NCBI GenBank assembly: GCA_963693055.1 | Contig: OY843751.1 | Coordinates: forward strand, 1,440,001 to 1,504,000 | Reading direction: 5' to 3' | DNA: 64,000 nt | Origin: a bacterium | Lineage (GTDB): Bacteria > Zhuqueibacterota > Zhuqueibacteria > Residuimicrobiales > Krinioviventaceae | Shown here: piece by piece, positions 45,345-54,143 of the stretch | Layout: the number at the start of each line of letters is the position of its first letter | Numbering within the stretch: the first letter of the stretch is position 1 | Position numbers and translations under genes: made by a program | The notes under the pieces: model-generated | Told to the model about the DNA's origin: nothing | What the model saw: only the letters and a program-made list of their open reading frames with translations | Database searches by the model: none

Positions 45345-46130
45345 TTATTGAATTATCTGAATCCGATTTGACATTAACTGAGACACGACTACACCAAGAT
45401 AGTTAAATGCTTCATTTTCATTTTGTTTATAAAAACGTGCATTCAGACCCATCTTTTTTAAGGTTTTCAAATTAAACGCCTGCAATGCATCGATGCCTTT
45501 TACATAAATCAAGTGGTTTATAATTTTATCACTTTCACCATTGAAAATCTTTGTATTTTCGTCAAGAACTGTTTTCGCTGATTCTTTGGCATTAATATAT
45601 ATTTCTTTATAAATATCTTCGTTATACATTGGGGGAAATTCACCAGTTTGCTCAAGATATGTAAAAATTGCTATGTGCATAGTGGGGATATCTAGCGGAC
45701 CAAAGGATGTTGTTTCTCCACCGATGATTTCATCCATTCCCAGGCCAAGAATACAACCAGGACCTGTAACTACAGCAGGTACAATCCCAGTTAGTTTACT
45801 GTTTACTTTTGAACGAATTAAACTAACCATCTCTGCTGCTATCTCTAAGTCTCCAGCAACAACCTGGATTAAACAATCGAGGTCCTCAAATGACTGATCT
45901 GATAACAACGATTCTAAATCATCGAGGTGTTTCTCTGACAGCACTGAGGAACCCAGGACCATCGTTAACATCGGTCTTTTTCTGACCTTTACCCAGATAC
46001 TGGAACAATCTTCAAGTAATGAAGCTTCATCTGGTATATTCAGCCCATTTTCAATTGCGAATTGAAGCATCTCCTGCCCTTGTTCAGAATCAACTTTTAT
46101 TATTTTATTTATGTCTTTTTTTATTTTCAA
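45345..46130 (-). CDS. ClpP/crotonase-fold SDH (PF01972-like) homologue B, catalytic Ser and His absent
   Basis: DLDCLIQ..VPAVVTGPGCILGLGMDEII..FGPLDIP..LKKMGLNA aligns by eye with LDLILH..VPxxAMSGGTLIAL..DEIVM..LGPVDPQ..AKELGL; AGGAG RBS before the TTG at 46130. Confidence 0.65.
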   Translation of the reverse strand: MKIKKDINKIIKVDSEQGQEMLQFAIENGLNIPDEASLLEDCSSIWVKVRKRPMLTMVLGSSVLSEKHLDDLESLLSDQSFEDLDCLIQVVAGDLEIAAEMVSLIRSKVNSKLTGIVPAVVTGPGCILGLGMDEIIGGETTSFGPLDIPTMHIAIFTYLEQTGEFPPMYNEDIYKEIYINAKESAKTVLDENTKIFNGESDKIINHLIYVKGIDALQAFNLKTLKKMGLNARFYKQNENEAFNYLGVVVSQLMSNRIQIIQ

Positions 46131-46178
46131 CTCTTTACTCCTAGCCCAGATCAAATGACCTGGGCTTTGTTAGTTAAA

Positions 46179-47030
46179 TTAATTTTTATCATCCATACTA
46201 ATAAACCGTACATCCGGACTTTGAATAGAGTCCGGTTGTGCTGATAACTCGTATAAAGTGAAATCAAGATCTTCATCAGCACGATTCACATTAAAACCCA
46301 TCGCCTTTAACTCATCGAATCTAATGAATTGGTTCGGATTCGAAAACCCGGTGACCAGTTTCTTTGCGATTTCATCATTCTCCCCTGATACACAGTTCCC
46401 TATGTCCAGTGCTCTTTTTACAGCATCGATGGTCGCGTTAACAGAATCATAATTATTAGCGGTTTTCTCATCAATGACCTCGCTGGTTTCAGATACGAAA
46501 CTGGCAGCGATGTCCCAGGCATCCTTTACAGATACATTATCACCGCTGGCATCGATGATTCTACACTGTAACGTTTCGATGGCGTCAAATTGCAATTTGT
46601 TCACAACATTGAAACCATTTACAGAAAAGTGAGATATCGTTTTTTCACTATTCTCAGGAGTATTTGGATCATAGCCAGGTGTAATTGGAGTAATTGACCC
46701 AAATGTTCCGAGGGTAATAGAGCTTGATGATAATGCGATTAAGCCAGACAATCTCACAAGAGGTGCTGGTATAATTACATGTAATTCATCCACTGATTTC
46801 TTCAGAATTTCAAGTGTCTGCGAAATTACATCGTAATCCGAGTCATTTGCCTGGATTAAAAGATCAAGTTTCGCTAGTTCGATGCCATGTAAACTGTTAT
46901 ACATCGAATCTACTGTACGCCAATTGATGCCGGACTTTCCGCACATGATTGAGAGTAAGGGGGTTTGTCTTGCATCAGCTATGCTGCGCAAGCCTAATTG
47001 AACTGAGTCTGGTTGTAACATGTTTTTCAT
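46179..47030 (-). CDS. ClpP/crotonase-fold SDH (PF01972-like) homologue A, catalytic residues absent
   Basis: KLDLLIQ..LHVIIPAPLVRLSGLIALSSSSITLG..ITPITP..IAKKLVTGFSNPNQFIRFDELKAMGFNV; AAGGAG RBS. Confidence 0.65.
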   Translation of the reverse strand: MKNMLQPDSVQLGLRSIADARQTPLLSIMCGKSGINWRTVDSMYNSLHGIELAKLDLLIQANDSDYDVISQTLEILKKSVDELHVIIPAPLVRLSGLIALSSSSITLGTFGSITPITPGYDPNTPENSEKTISHFSVNGFNVVNKLQFDAIETLQCRIIDASGDNVSVKDAWDIAASFVSETSEVIDEKTANNYDSVNATIDAVKRALDIGNCVSGENDEIAKKLVTGFSNPNQFIRFDELKAMGFNVNRADEDLDFTLYELSAQPDSIQSPDVRFISMDDKN

Positions 47031-47079
47031 GTTAACTCCTTGAGTTTTATAAATATTTATGAACCTTATTGGCTCTCAT

Positions 47080-47110
47080 TTATAAATACAAGGAGAGTTC
47101 ATTTTTTTGG
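47080..47110 (-). promoter_or_regulatory. Putative alternative-sigma promoter, copy 1 (upstream of SDH pair)
   Basis: Minus strand CCAAAAAA-N12-TGTATTTATAA; same boxes and spacing as 47902-47932. Confidence 0.55.
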
Positions 47111-47131
47111 TATTTTTTTTTGGGTTTTTAC

Positions 47132-47160
47132 AAAAAAAATGCCCGATATGTATCGGGCAT
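47132..47160 (-). terminator. Intrinsic terminator after sigma-factor gene
   Basis: ATGCCCGAT-atgt-ATCGGGCAT followed by a T-run on the minus strand. Confidence 0.8.
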
Positions 47161-47171
47161 ATAAAAGGGGG

Positions 47172-47888
47172 TTATTTGATGATTTTGGAGAGGGTTGCAA
47201 TCATTTCCGGACTTAGTTGGTTCATAACATTCTGAGTGATGCGTTTGCTGGCATCACTAGATTGAATTTCAGCTTTAAACATATCAGTGAATAATGAAAA
47301 TAATCCAAAGCCGAACATCGGTACAGTTGCAGAAACATCTTTGAGATATGGTTTCTTTTTAATCATTTTTTTATATTTTCTCTGAACCCTTCGTTTGATG
47401 TCATATATTTTTAAATTAGTAATCTTCATCCTTTTTGCCATTTCAGAAAATATTTTTTTAGATTCCTCTTCAGCAACTTGTAAATAGATTTCAATGAATT
47501 TTTTCTCTTCTTCATTTAATTCTTTTTTTAGTTCATTTAAGATCAAGTTGTTTGATTCTTTTGATTCATCAAAAATTATCATATCATCATCCTTAATTGA
47601 TTCAAGTTCTTTTTTATTTTTATCATCCTCTTTGGGTTTTTTACCATGATATGTATTTATTTTATTGTATAGTGACCTAAATAAATAGTTCTCAAAGTAA
47701 CCCTCGGTATTTTGGAATTTTTTTACAAGTTCTTTGTCTTCATTAATTTTCTTTAATACACTAAACATTACATTTTGGACAACATCTTCAGCATCTTGTT
47801 TGTTTTTAATACTGAAATTTGCCCTGGCCAGCATCTTTTCATTAATTTTTAGTAAACGTTCTTCCAAAGTAAGAGATTCATGCGCCAA
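47172..47888 (-). CDS. ECF-like sigma-70 factor with C-terminal extension
   Basis: Sigma2 motif KNKQDAEDVVQNV...FENYLFRSLYNK; sigma4 LNEEEKKF...SEMAKRMKIT..KIYDIKRRVQRK; AAGGAGG RBS before the TTG. Confidence 0.75.
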   Translation of the reverse strand: MAHESLTLEERLLKINEKMLARANFSIKNKQDAEDVVQNVMFSVLKKINEDKELVKKFQNTEGYFENYLFRSLYNKINTYHGKKPKEDDKNKKELESIKDDDMIIFDESKESNNLILNELKKELNEEEKKFIEIYLQVAEEESKKIFSEMAKRMKITNLKIYDIKRRVQRKYKKMIKKKPYLKDVSATVPMFGFGLFSLFTDMFKAEIQSSDASKRITQNVMNQLSPEMIATLSKIIK

Positions 47889-47901
47889 ATTGGCCTCCTT
47901 A

Positions 47902-47932
47902 TTATAAATACACTGATATTGTTGTTTTTTGG
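47902..47932 (-). promoter_or_regulatory. Putative alternative-sigma promoter, copy 2 (upstream of sigma gene)
   Basis: Minus strand CCAAAAAA-N12-TGTATTTATAA immediately before the RBS. Confidence 0.55.
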
Positions 47933-47942
47933 CAAAAAAGTT

Positions 47943-49106
47943 TTATTTACAGTTAAAAATTTGGACAGTTGCTTGACCAAGTCTATTATATATACTAGTA
48001 CTATTTGGTGATGATTTTTCTGTGTATTCAATCGAATCTTTTATTTTCGGAATTTTATCCAAAAACCGTAACAAGATATGTTTTTTAATTGCATAGTTTA
48101 CATTTTGAGATTTCGACATTATTGAGAATATAACACCTAGTAGTCCCCCGGTTTCTTTATCAACCAATGGTCCACCGGAATTCCCCGGTTGAATAGCTGC
48201 ATCAAATTGAAAACTTCTTATATCATCCTGATAACCTGAATTGGAACTGACGATGCCTTGTGTTACTTTGGGAGCAAATCCTTGTGAATCAGGCTGTGGA
48301 TACCCGTATGTTATAACTTCCATACCCAGTTCAGTGTCATCAGTACTAAAATGTAAGCCAATAGATTTTCGATCAATTTGTAACAAGCACAGGTCATAAG
48401 ATTGGTCGCTATAAATTACAGTTGCATTGTAAAAGTGGTTTTGACTCAGAACAATAATTTTATTACTATTTTTTATTACATGGTGATTTGTAATTATGAA
48501 ACCTTCGTTGTTAATGAAAAATCCAGTGCCAAAACTATTTAATTTATTTTCATCTAACATTTCTTCAATTATGAATTTGATATATATTACATTAAAAGTA
48601 TCCGGTGGGAGCTTAAGAGTAGTGATTGCATCTTTGATTGCATCTTTTTCGATTTCACAAAAATTTCCATCTATATGAGCTAATGACAGTAGAAACATTA
48701 TGAAGTTTCTGCTATAATCAACATTATAGTCTATTAAATTTCCATATATTGTAACATAGTCGATAAAAGTTGCATTGTCGTTTATAACATTTTCATAATG
48801 ACTACAAAAATAATTCATTGCCTCGTCATTAAGTTCCAAGCCATCACGTAGGAACTCAACAATTATTTTTATTTCTGAATCACTGACATCACCATCTATG
48901 TTGTTTAATTTTGCCATGCAAGCAATCAGGCATAGAATTGAAGCTTGGTTTTCCCCCAAGTCCTCGAGTTCTTTTTTCTTACTTGATTTTAATACTGATA
49001 AAAGTGCAACAGTAATAATTGTGCCGATTGGACCAATCAATGCACCACCTGTGAAACCTACTGCTCCAGATAAAATCAATCTTTGCCATGATTTCATTTC
49101 ATACAC
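47943..49106 (-). CDS. Membrane-anchored TerB (DjlA-like) domain fused to trypsin-like S1C serine protease
   Basis: Gly-rich TM GAVGFTGGALIGPIG; TerB repeats AK..NIDGDVSDSE and LAHIDGNFCEIEK; protease GTGFFI..IITNHHVI..YDLCLL..IQPGNSGGPL with intact triad. Confidence 0.85.
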   Translation of the reverse strand: MYEMKSWQRLILSGAVGFTGGALIGPIGTIITVALLSVLKSSKKKELEDLGENQASILCLIACMAKLNNIDGDVSDSEIKIIVEFLRDGLELNDEAMNYFCSHYENVINDNATFIDYVTIYGNLIDYNVDYSRNFIMFLLSLAHIDGNFCEIEKDAIKDAITTLKLPPDTFNVIYIKFIIEEMLDENKLNSFGTGFFINNEGFIITNHHVIKNSNKIIVLSQNHFYNATVIYSDQSYDLCLLQIDRKSIGLHFSTDDTELGMEVITYGYPQPDSQGFAPKVTQGIVSSNSGYQDDIRSFQFDAAIQPGNSGGPLVDKETGGLLGVIFSIMSKSQNVNYAIKKHILLRFLDKIPKIKDSIEYTEKSSPNSTSIYNRLGQATVQIFNCK

Positions 49107-49161
49107 CTGTTAGTTTGAATTTATTTATGTAGTGAAGGATTATATAGAAAAGGAACGTTTA

Positions 49162-50623
49162 CCAGTTGCCTCATAATAAAATGTAACCGTAGTTATTAGA
49201 GAGGAAAAAGGAATAATGAACAAGACTATCATAAGACTCTGTCCTTTCAAAAGCGTCTCCGCCCGTTTCTATCTGTCAGTGCGAAGATATCTAATAACTA
49301 CAGACCATTTTAATTAGGTAGCCCAAGGCCACCTTGCATAAAATATGAAGAATGTAAAATAAAACAAACGATATAAATTATTTTTGTAAAGCTGTTCTTT
49401 GAATACGATTAATTTTTTCAACCATAGTTTTTTGCAAAAAGAATGGATCAAGTGCGTGAAACTGTTTGGTTAATTTTGATTTGGTACTCTGATCAATAAA
49501 GTCAGATTCAACAAGCCGCTGGTAAGGAGTTTTGGGCTTGTCATATTTTTTGATAATTTTTGATCCGACGCGTTTTTTTTCGAGCAGCTTAACAGATGGT
49601 ATAAAAAAGTTAAAATACAAACGCCATTCCGTGGTGTAGAGTTGGTTCATCATATCAACAAGCTCGATTTCATCAAAACGCACATAGCCTAAATACTGCC
49701 GAACATGTGTCCAGTTTTTTTCTTCAATATGAGCATTGTCATTTTTCTGGTAAGCACGGGACCTTGTAAAGCGGATTGGTTTATCTCTATTTACAAAGTG
49801 CCCGTATAGATGCCAGTTTAAGAATTCGGAGCCATTGTCGCAATCAAAGCCGAGAAGTTTAAATGGCAGGGTATGCTCAATATTATCAATTGCTTGCAAT
49901 GTGCCTCGCTCACCTTTTCCCCAGATGGCGCGCTGTTCGGTCCAGCCGGTTGCGATATCAACAGTGTTGACAGTATAAACAAACTGTCCTTCAACTGAGG
50001 TGCCGCAATGGGCAACAGTATCCGCTTCGAGATAACCGGGCGTTGTCTCATCCCATTGATTGGTTTTTACAGGGATGTGCTTTTTGAGGATTGAACCTGG
50101 TTTGGTGGTGGCCAGTCCCCGTTTGGTAAATTTTGCACGGTTTGGCTTCATAAGTCGATCAATGGTTGCCGGTGATATTTGTAACAAATCGATTTTAACA
50201 CTATCGGATAGAGGGAATGGATAATGAGGCAACCAAATCGGTATAATGGCTTTTAAATTTTTAGAACAGGGAAGGTTGGTCTTTTTCCACAAGTAGACTA
50301 GTGTTTTAAGGATTTCTGGATCAGAGTATTTGACTTTACGCCCTCGTTTTTTATACGTGATATTGATTGTTGATTGCTCCCTGGCATTGAGGAGTCGAAT
50401 AGCATATTTTCGATTGTATTTGCATACAGCACAAAACTCGTCCAGTATTTTTTGTTTCTCTGTTTTGCTTGCTTTTTGATAGCGCATTTTGATTGAGGCT
50501 GCATATTCTTTTTTTGATTTGGGTCCCATAATTTATGTCTCCAAATAACTCTATAGTTACATAAATTATGAGGCAACGTCTATATTCCCATTTTCTCATG
50601 GTTACTTTTTTTATGAGTCAATG
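49162..50623 (-). mobile_element. Insertion sequence with rve-type DDE transposase (ISNCY/IS481-like)
   Basis: Inverted end motifs GTTGCCTCATAATAAAATGTAACC (49165) versus GTTACATAAATTATGAGGCAAC (50556) and GGTTACTTTTTTTATGAGTCAAT (50600); flanking CGTTTA direct repeat at 49156 and 50624. Confidence 0.8.
49378..50529 (-). CDS. Integrase-core (rve) DDE transposase
   Basis: LEADTVAHCG, DIATGWTE, DCDNGSEF and KNDNAHIEEKN motifs. Confidence 0.9.
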   Translation of the reverse strand: MGPKSKKEYAASIKMRYQKASKTEKQKILDEFCAVCKYNRKYAIRLLNAREQSTINITYKKRGRKVKYSDPEILKTLVYLWKKTNLPCSKNLKAIIPIWLPHYPFPLSDSVKIDLLQISPATIDRLMKPNRAKFTKRGLATTKPGSILKKHIPVKTNQWDETTPGYLEADTVAHCGTSVEGQFVYTVNTVDIATGWTEQRAIWGKGERGTLQAIDNIEHTLPFKLLGFDCDNGSEFLNWHLYGHFVNRDKPIRFTRSRAYQKNDNAHIEEKNWTHVRQYLGYVRFDEIELVDMMNQLYTTEWRLYFNFFIPSVKLLEKKRVGSKIIKKYDKPKTPYQRLVESDFIDQSTKSKLTKQFHALDPFFLQKTMVEKINRIQRTALQK

Positions 50624-50733
50624 CGTTTATTCCATTTTTAATAGAAAAATGTTGTTTTTAAAATATATTATTATTATCTTCATAATCAATAAAAATTATC
50701 AAACCTCAAACCGAAATCCCCTAATAAAAAAAC

Positions 50734-50762
50734 TTGACAAACCCCTGATGATAGGTTATAAT
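50734..50762 (+). promoter_or_regulatory. Consensus sigma70 promoter for replication operon
   Basis: TTGACA-17 nt-TATAAT exactly. Confidence 0.85.
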
Positions 50763-50807
50763 TATATAGATAACCAATATCATTTATTTAACCGATTTAT
50801 TAACAAC

Positions 50808-51098
50808 ATGAACAAAACAATCAAAATCGATGATTTTTATCTGGCGTCATACCTGATGACCTACGATGTATCATTAGTAGGGCATCGTCGCAGTGAAAAT
50901 CGCTCTACGTTTGAATTCAACGGTGATGACCTCGATGAACTCATCGACGCTTACTATGATGGTGATACGATGGTATCACCGATGCGCTACGCGAAAGCAA
51001 TAAGGAGCTTGAAAAATGTAATGTACAACTCTAACAACTATAACATCAAATCAACTTACAATAATGACAGCATCAGTGACAGAAAGGACAGCAAATGA
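50808..51098 (+). CDS. DUF5659-like small protein
   Basis: DDFYLASYL...STFEF...Y...VSPMRYAKAIRSLK; the ATG at 50808 is downstream of the promoter. Confidence 0.65.
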   Translation: MNKTIKIDDFYLASYLMTYDVSLVGHRRSENRSTFEFNGDDLDELIDAYYDGDTMVSPMRYAKAIRSLKNVMYNSNNYNIKSTYNNDSISDRKDSK

Positions 51099-53211
51099 TA
51101 TTTGCTACCTATATGTAGCAAAATCCAACAATGTTTATTCAAAACCTTCAGAAATAACATTTATTAAAACACGATGCGATGATGCATCGGCAATTTTTAA
51201 TAATACCTACAATGTAGTAGAAGACAACCAGTTTACTACTGTATTACCCTACGTAGAAGAAAACCCTCCCAAAAGATCTACAGAATACCTATCCTTCGAT
51301 GGTTGTATACAACCAGTGATACTAGAATTCGACAAATGTTCAATGGAACTGCAACAAGAACGGGCAGAGTTTCTAGCCGATGAGCTGAACACCCCGATGT
51401 TCCTGGTTCACTCGGGAAACAAGTCTTACCACCACTATATTTACTTTAAAAACTTTGCTGATAACAACGATGAATACAAGTTGCGTTGTAAACAATTCGT
51501 TGCATACCTGGCTAAAGAATATCCGGAATACTATGTAACAGAGCAGGATGCGAACAAAAATGTTGAATTGGTACCAGATTATTCAATGTTTACCGGAAAT
51601 CGTTACACCCGCCAAGCCGATGGAAAACGTGATAATGGCGTGAAGCAGGAAGCCTGGATATTGCATGATGTCGATGATTGCGATGCATTGAGCATTGATA
51701 TTTTCCTGAGTGATAACAATAGTTATAGTGGAGCTGAAACGGGCGATTCTGGTTTGGGATTGCCGATTGAGAAAAAGAAACCACGGAGATCAACATATGA
51801 ATTCCTAGCCATCGGTGCATCTGAGGGAGAAAGAGACAACCGATGCTACCAAGCTGCCTGCAACCTGCGAGAATGCGGATACTCGATGGAAGATGCGACG
51901 ATGATGCTTATAGAAGGTGGTAAAAGATGCACACCGGTTTTTCCTGAATCAGAAGTGAAAAATAAAGTCAAGTCCGCCTGGAGTAATACCAGGAATGGTG
52001 GGTATAATCCCATCGACAAGTCCAGACCGTTTCCGTTCATCGAGAGATCTACCAGTGACTACTTTTATGTGTTAGAGGATAGATTATATCAGGCAAAAAA
52101 AAGTGTGCTAAAGGATATTCTAAAATCTCACCACGTAGAGATGCCGGATCCATTGCCGGTATTTGAATTTAAATTTGATGTCAATGATGATACTCAGATT
52201 GACTTCTCGAACCGGACTTTTAATCTTTTTACACCTACGATGTACCACCTGATGAATCCCGATGGACAGCAACTTGATGGCAATAGGGACTTTCCTACGA
52301 TTAATAAATTACTTACAAATCTAATCCCGGTAGATAGCGAGAGGAACCATTTTCTCAACTGGCTTGCCTGTGCATTGCGGACCAGGAAAAAACTGATGAC
52401 GGCCTACGTTTTAAAAGGCGCCCAGGGTGCAGGCAAGGGATTGTTATTCGGGCGCGTATTTAAACCGATGTTTGGAGAAACCCAGACGATGCAGATTGAA
52501 GATGAGCAGCTTAAACAACCGTTCAACGGGTATCTGAAAAATGTATGTTTTATCGCATTTAACGAGGTGGCCCATGATAACAATGGCAGAAACTCGTTGA
52601 ACAGTAAGATTAAATCAATGATTACAGATCCTACGATTACAATCAATGAGAAATTTGTAAGACCTTTTGTGATTAATAACAACGCCAATTGTATCTTTTT
52701 CTCAAATGAGAGTGTGCCTCTGCTAATTGAACAAAGTGACAGAAGGTTCAATGTCGTTGAGACTGGAGATGCATTGACAAAAAACAATTGGTTTAATGCT
52801 GAAAAGACGATACCGATGCTAACGGCTGAGTTGAAGAATTTCGCTCAGTATCTATGGAACCTTGACATCAACATCGGGTTGGCTAACACTGCTCTTGCTA
52901 ACGATGTCAAGAATTCTTTGATCTCAGCATCGACGAACAGATTTCAAGAGTTTGCGATGAAGTTAAAGGAGGCTGACATTGAGTGGTTTATAGATAACTA
53001 TGAAGGCTATTCAACTATTGATGAGTGGACTCTGGACCAATTGAAAGATAAGAAAATAAGCAAGAATAAAGCTTTAGATTTATTTAAAGGGATATATCCG
53101 GATCAGAGGATTACGCAGACAAATCTCACTAAAAAACTAAGGTTATTTAATATCCTGGATGGGAGGGATAAGACTTTTAATAGAGAGAGGATATATTTCT
53201 GGTCAACTTAA
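51064..53211 (+). CDS. AEP-type primase + PriCT + SF3 (DUF5906-like) helicase replication protein
   Basis: ILEFD and HSGNKSYH primase motifs; GASEGERDN..AACNL PriCT; GAQGAGKG Walker A, AFNEV Walker B, FFSN sensor, DRRF. Confidence 0.88.
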   Translation: MTASVTERTANDICYLYVAKSNNVYSKPSEITFIKTRCDDASAIFNNTYNVVEDNQFTTVLPYVEENPPKRSTEYLSFDGCIQPVILEFDKCSMELQQERAEFLADELNTPMFLVHSGNKSYHHYIYFKNFADNNDEYKLRCKQFVAYLAKEYPEYYVTEQDANKNVELVPDYSMFTGNRYTRQADGKRDNGVKQEAWILHDVDDCDALSIDIFLSDNNSYSGAETGDSGLGLPIEKKKPRRSTYEFLAIGASEGERDNRCYQAACNLRECGYSMEDATMMLIEGGKRCTPVFPESEVKNKVKSAWSNTRNGGYNPIDKSRPFPFIERSTSDYFYVLEDRLYQAKKSVLKDILKSHHVEMPDPLPVFEFKFDVNDDTQIDFSNRTFNLFTPTMYHLMNPDGQQLDGNRDFPTINKLLTNLIPVDSERNHFLNWLACALRTRKKLMTAYVLKGAQGAGKGLLFGRVFKPMFGETQTMQIEDEQLKQPFNGYLKNVCFIAFNEVAHDNNGRNSLNSKIKSMITDPTITINEKFVRPFVINNNANCIFFSNESVPLLIEQSDRRFNVVETGDALTKNNWFNAEKTIPMLTAELKNFAQYLWNLDINIGLANTALANDVKNSLISASTNRFQEFAMKLKEADIEWFIDNYEGYSTIDEWTLDQLKDKKISKNKALDLFKGIYPDQRITQTNLTKKLRLFNILDGRDKTFNRERIYFWST

Positions 53212-53465
53212 GTAACATAAAAACAAAAGGTTGACCGATTTTGAAAAAGTTTGGTCAACTTTTTGGTTGGGTTAAGTCGTTGTTTTATATGGAATTGGTC
53301 AACTTGACCGGGTTTTTTAGAATTCTATAGTATATATATAACTCTATTTACCAAAACTTATTTAAAAAAAGTCAACCAAATTGACCAAGTGTATGTTTTT
53401 ATTATATATAAGTTGACCAACAAGTCGACTAAAAGTCAACCAGAAATTTAAAAGTCGACCAAGTT
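53200..53465. repeat. Iteron-rich putative replication origin
   Basis: About ten GGTCAAC/GTTGACC/GTCAACC/GTCGAC heptamers in both orientations around an AT-rich core, right after the primase gene. Confidence 0.7.
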
Positions 53466-53597
53466 TATGTTTTTAATGAAGATAAGTTGTAATTTGGTTA
53501 ATTAAACGGAGAACAAGCAATATGATAATTAACAATCCAGGTAACACACAAATAAACAAAAATTCAAAAACTTTAAACTACATAGGAGGCATTTAAT

Positions 53598-54143
53598 ATG
53601 GATAGAAGAGTAAGTTTAATTTGGTATACACCAACAAAAGAAAAACTAATCAAAGCATTAAATGTGATACAGAATTTAACTGACGATGAAAAGCTATTAT
53701 TTGAAAAGTTCTATGAAAGAATACTACTTAATAGGTATCGGAAAAGTTTTTATGAAGATCATTGGATCCAAGACTGGCGAACGCATACCGAGTATCCCTG
53801 GAAAGGATATATCACAATGAAACCTTTTGCTAAAAGATTGGGTTTGACTGAATCTGAGTTACATTTTTTAATTTATAGAATAGGGAGACCAAGCTTGAAT
53901 GCTGAATCCTTAAACTTATTACAAAATAAACTTCAGATTAAAGAAAATCGCAACAAAGTGAAATCAACGGTAAAATGGGCGTTGGAAAAAATGCTTGATG
54001 ACTACGAATTCATCGATTTAATGGGAAAATATAATATACTTGAATGTGAGGACTATAACTATGACTATGAAAGTGAAAAGGGATTATCCCAAGGAGAGAA
54101 AAACAAGAGATACATCATACTCGATGACTCAACAACTCATTAA
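53598..54143 (+). CDS. Hypothetical protein
   Basis: Strong AGGAGG RBS; 181 aa; no motif recognised. Confidence 0.65.
   Translation: MDRRVSLIWYTPTKEKLIKALNVIQNLTDDEKLLFEKFYERILLNRYRKSFYEDHWIQDWRTHTEYPWKGYITMKPFAKRLGLTESELHFLIYRIGRPSLNAESLNLLQNKLQIKENRNKVKSTVKWALEKMLDDYEFIDLMGKYNILECEDYNYDYESEKGLSQGEKNKRYIILDDSTTH

Noticed and set aside
50568-50807. N-terminal extension of the 176-aa ORF
   Set aside because: It starts inside the IS end and upstream of the consensus promoter; the real start is probably ATG 50808
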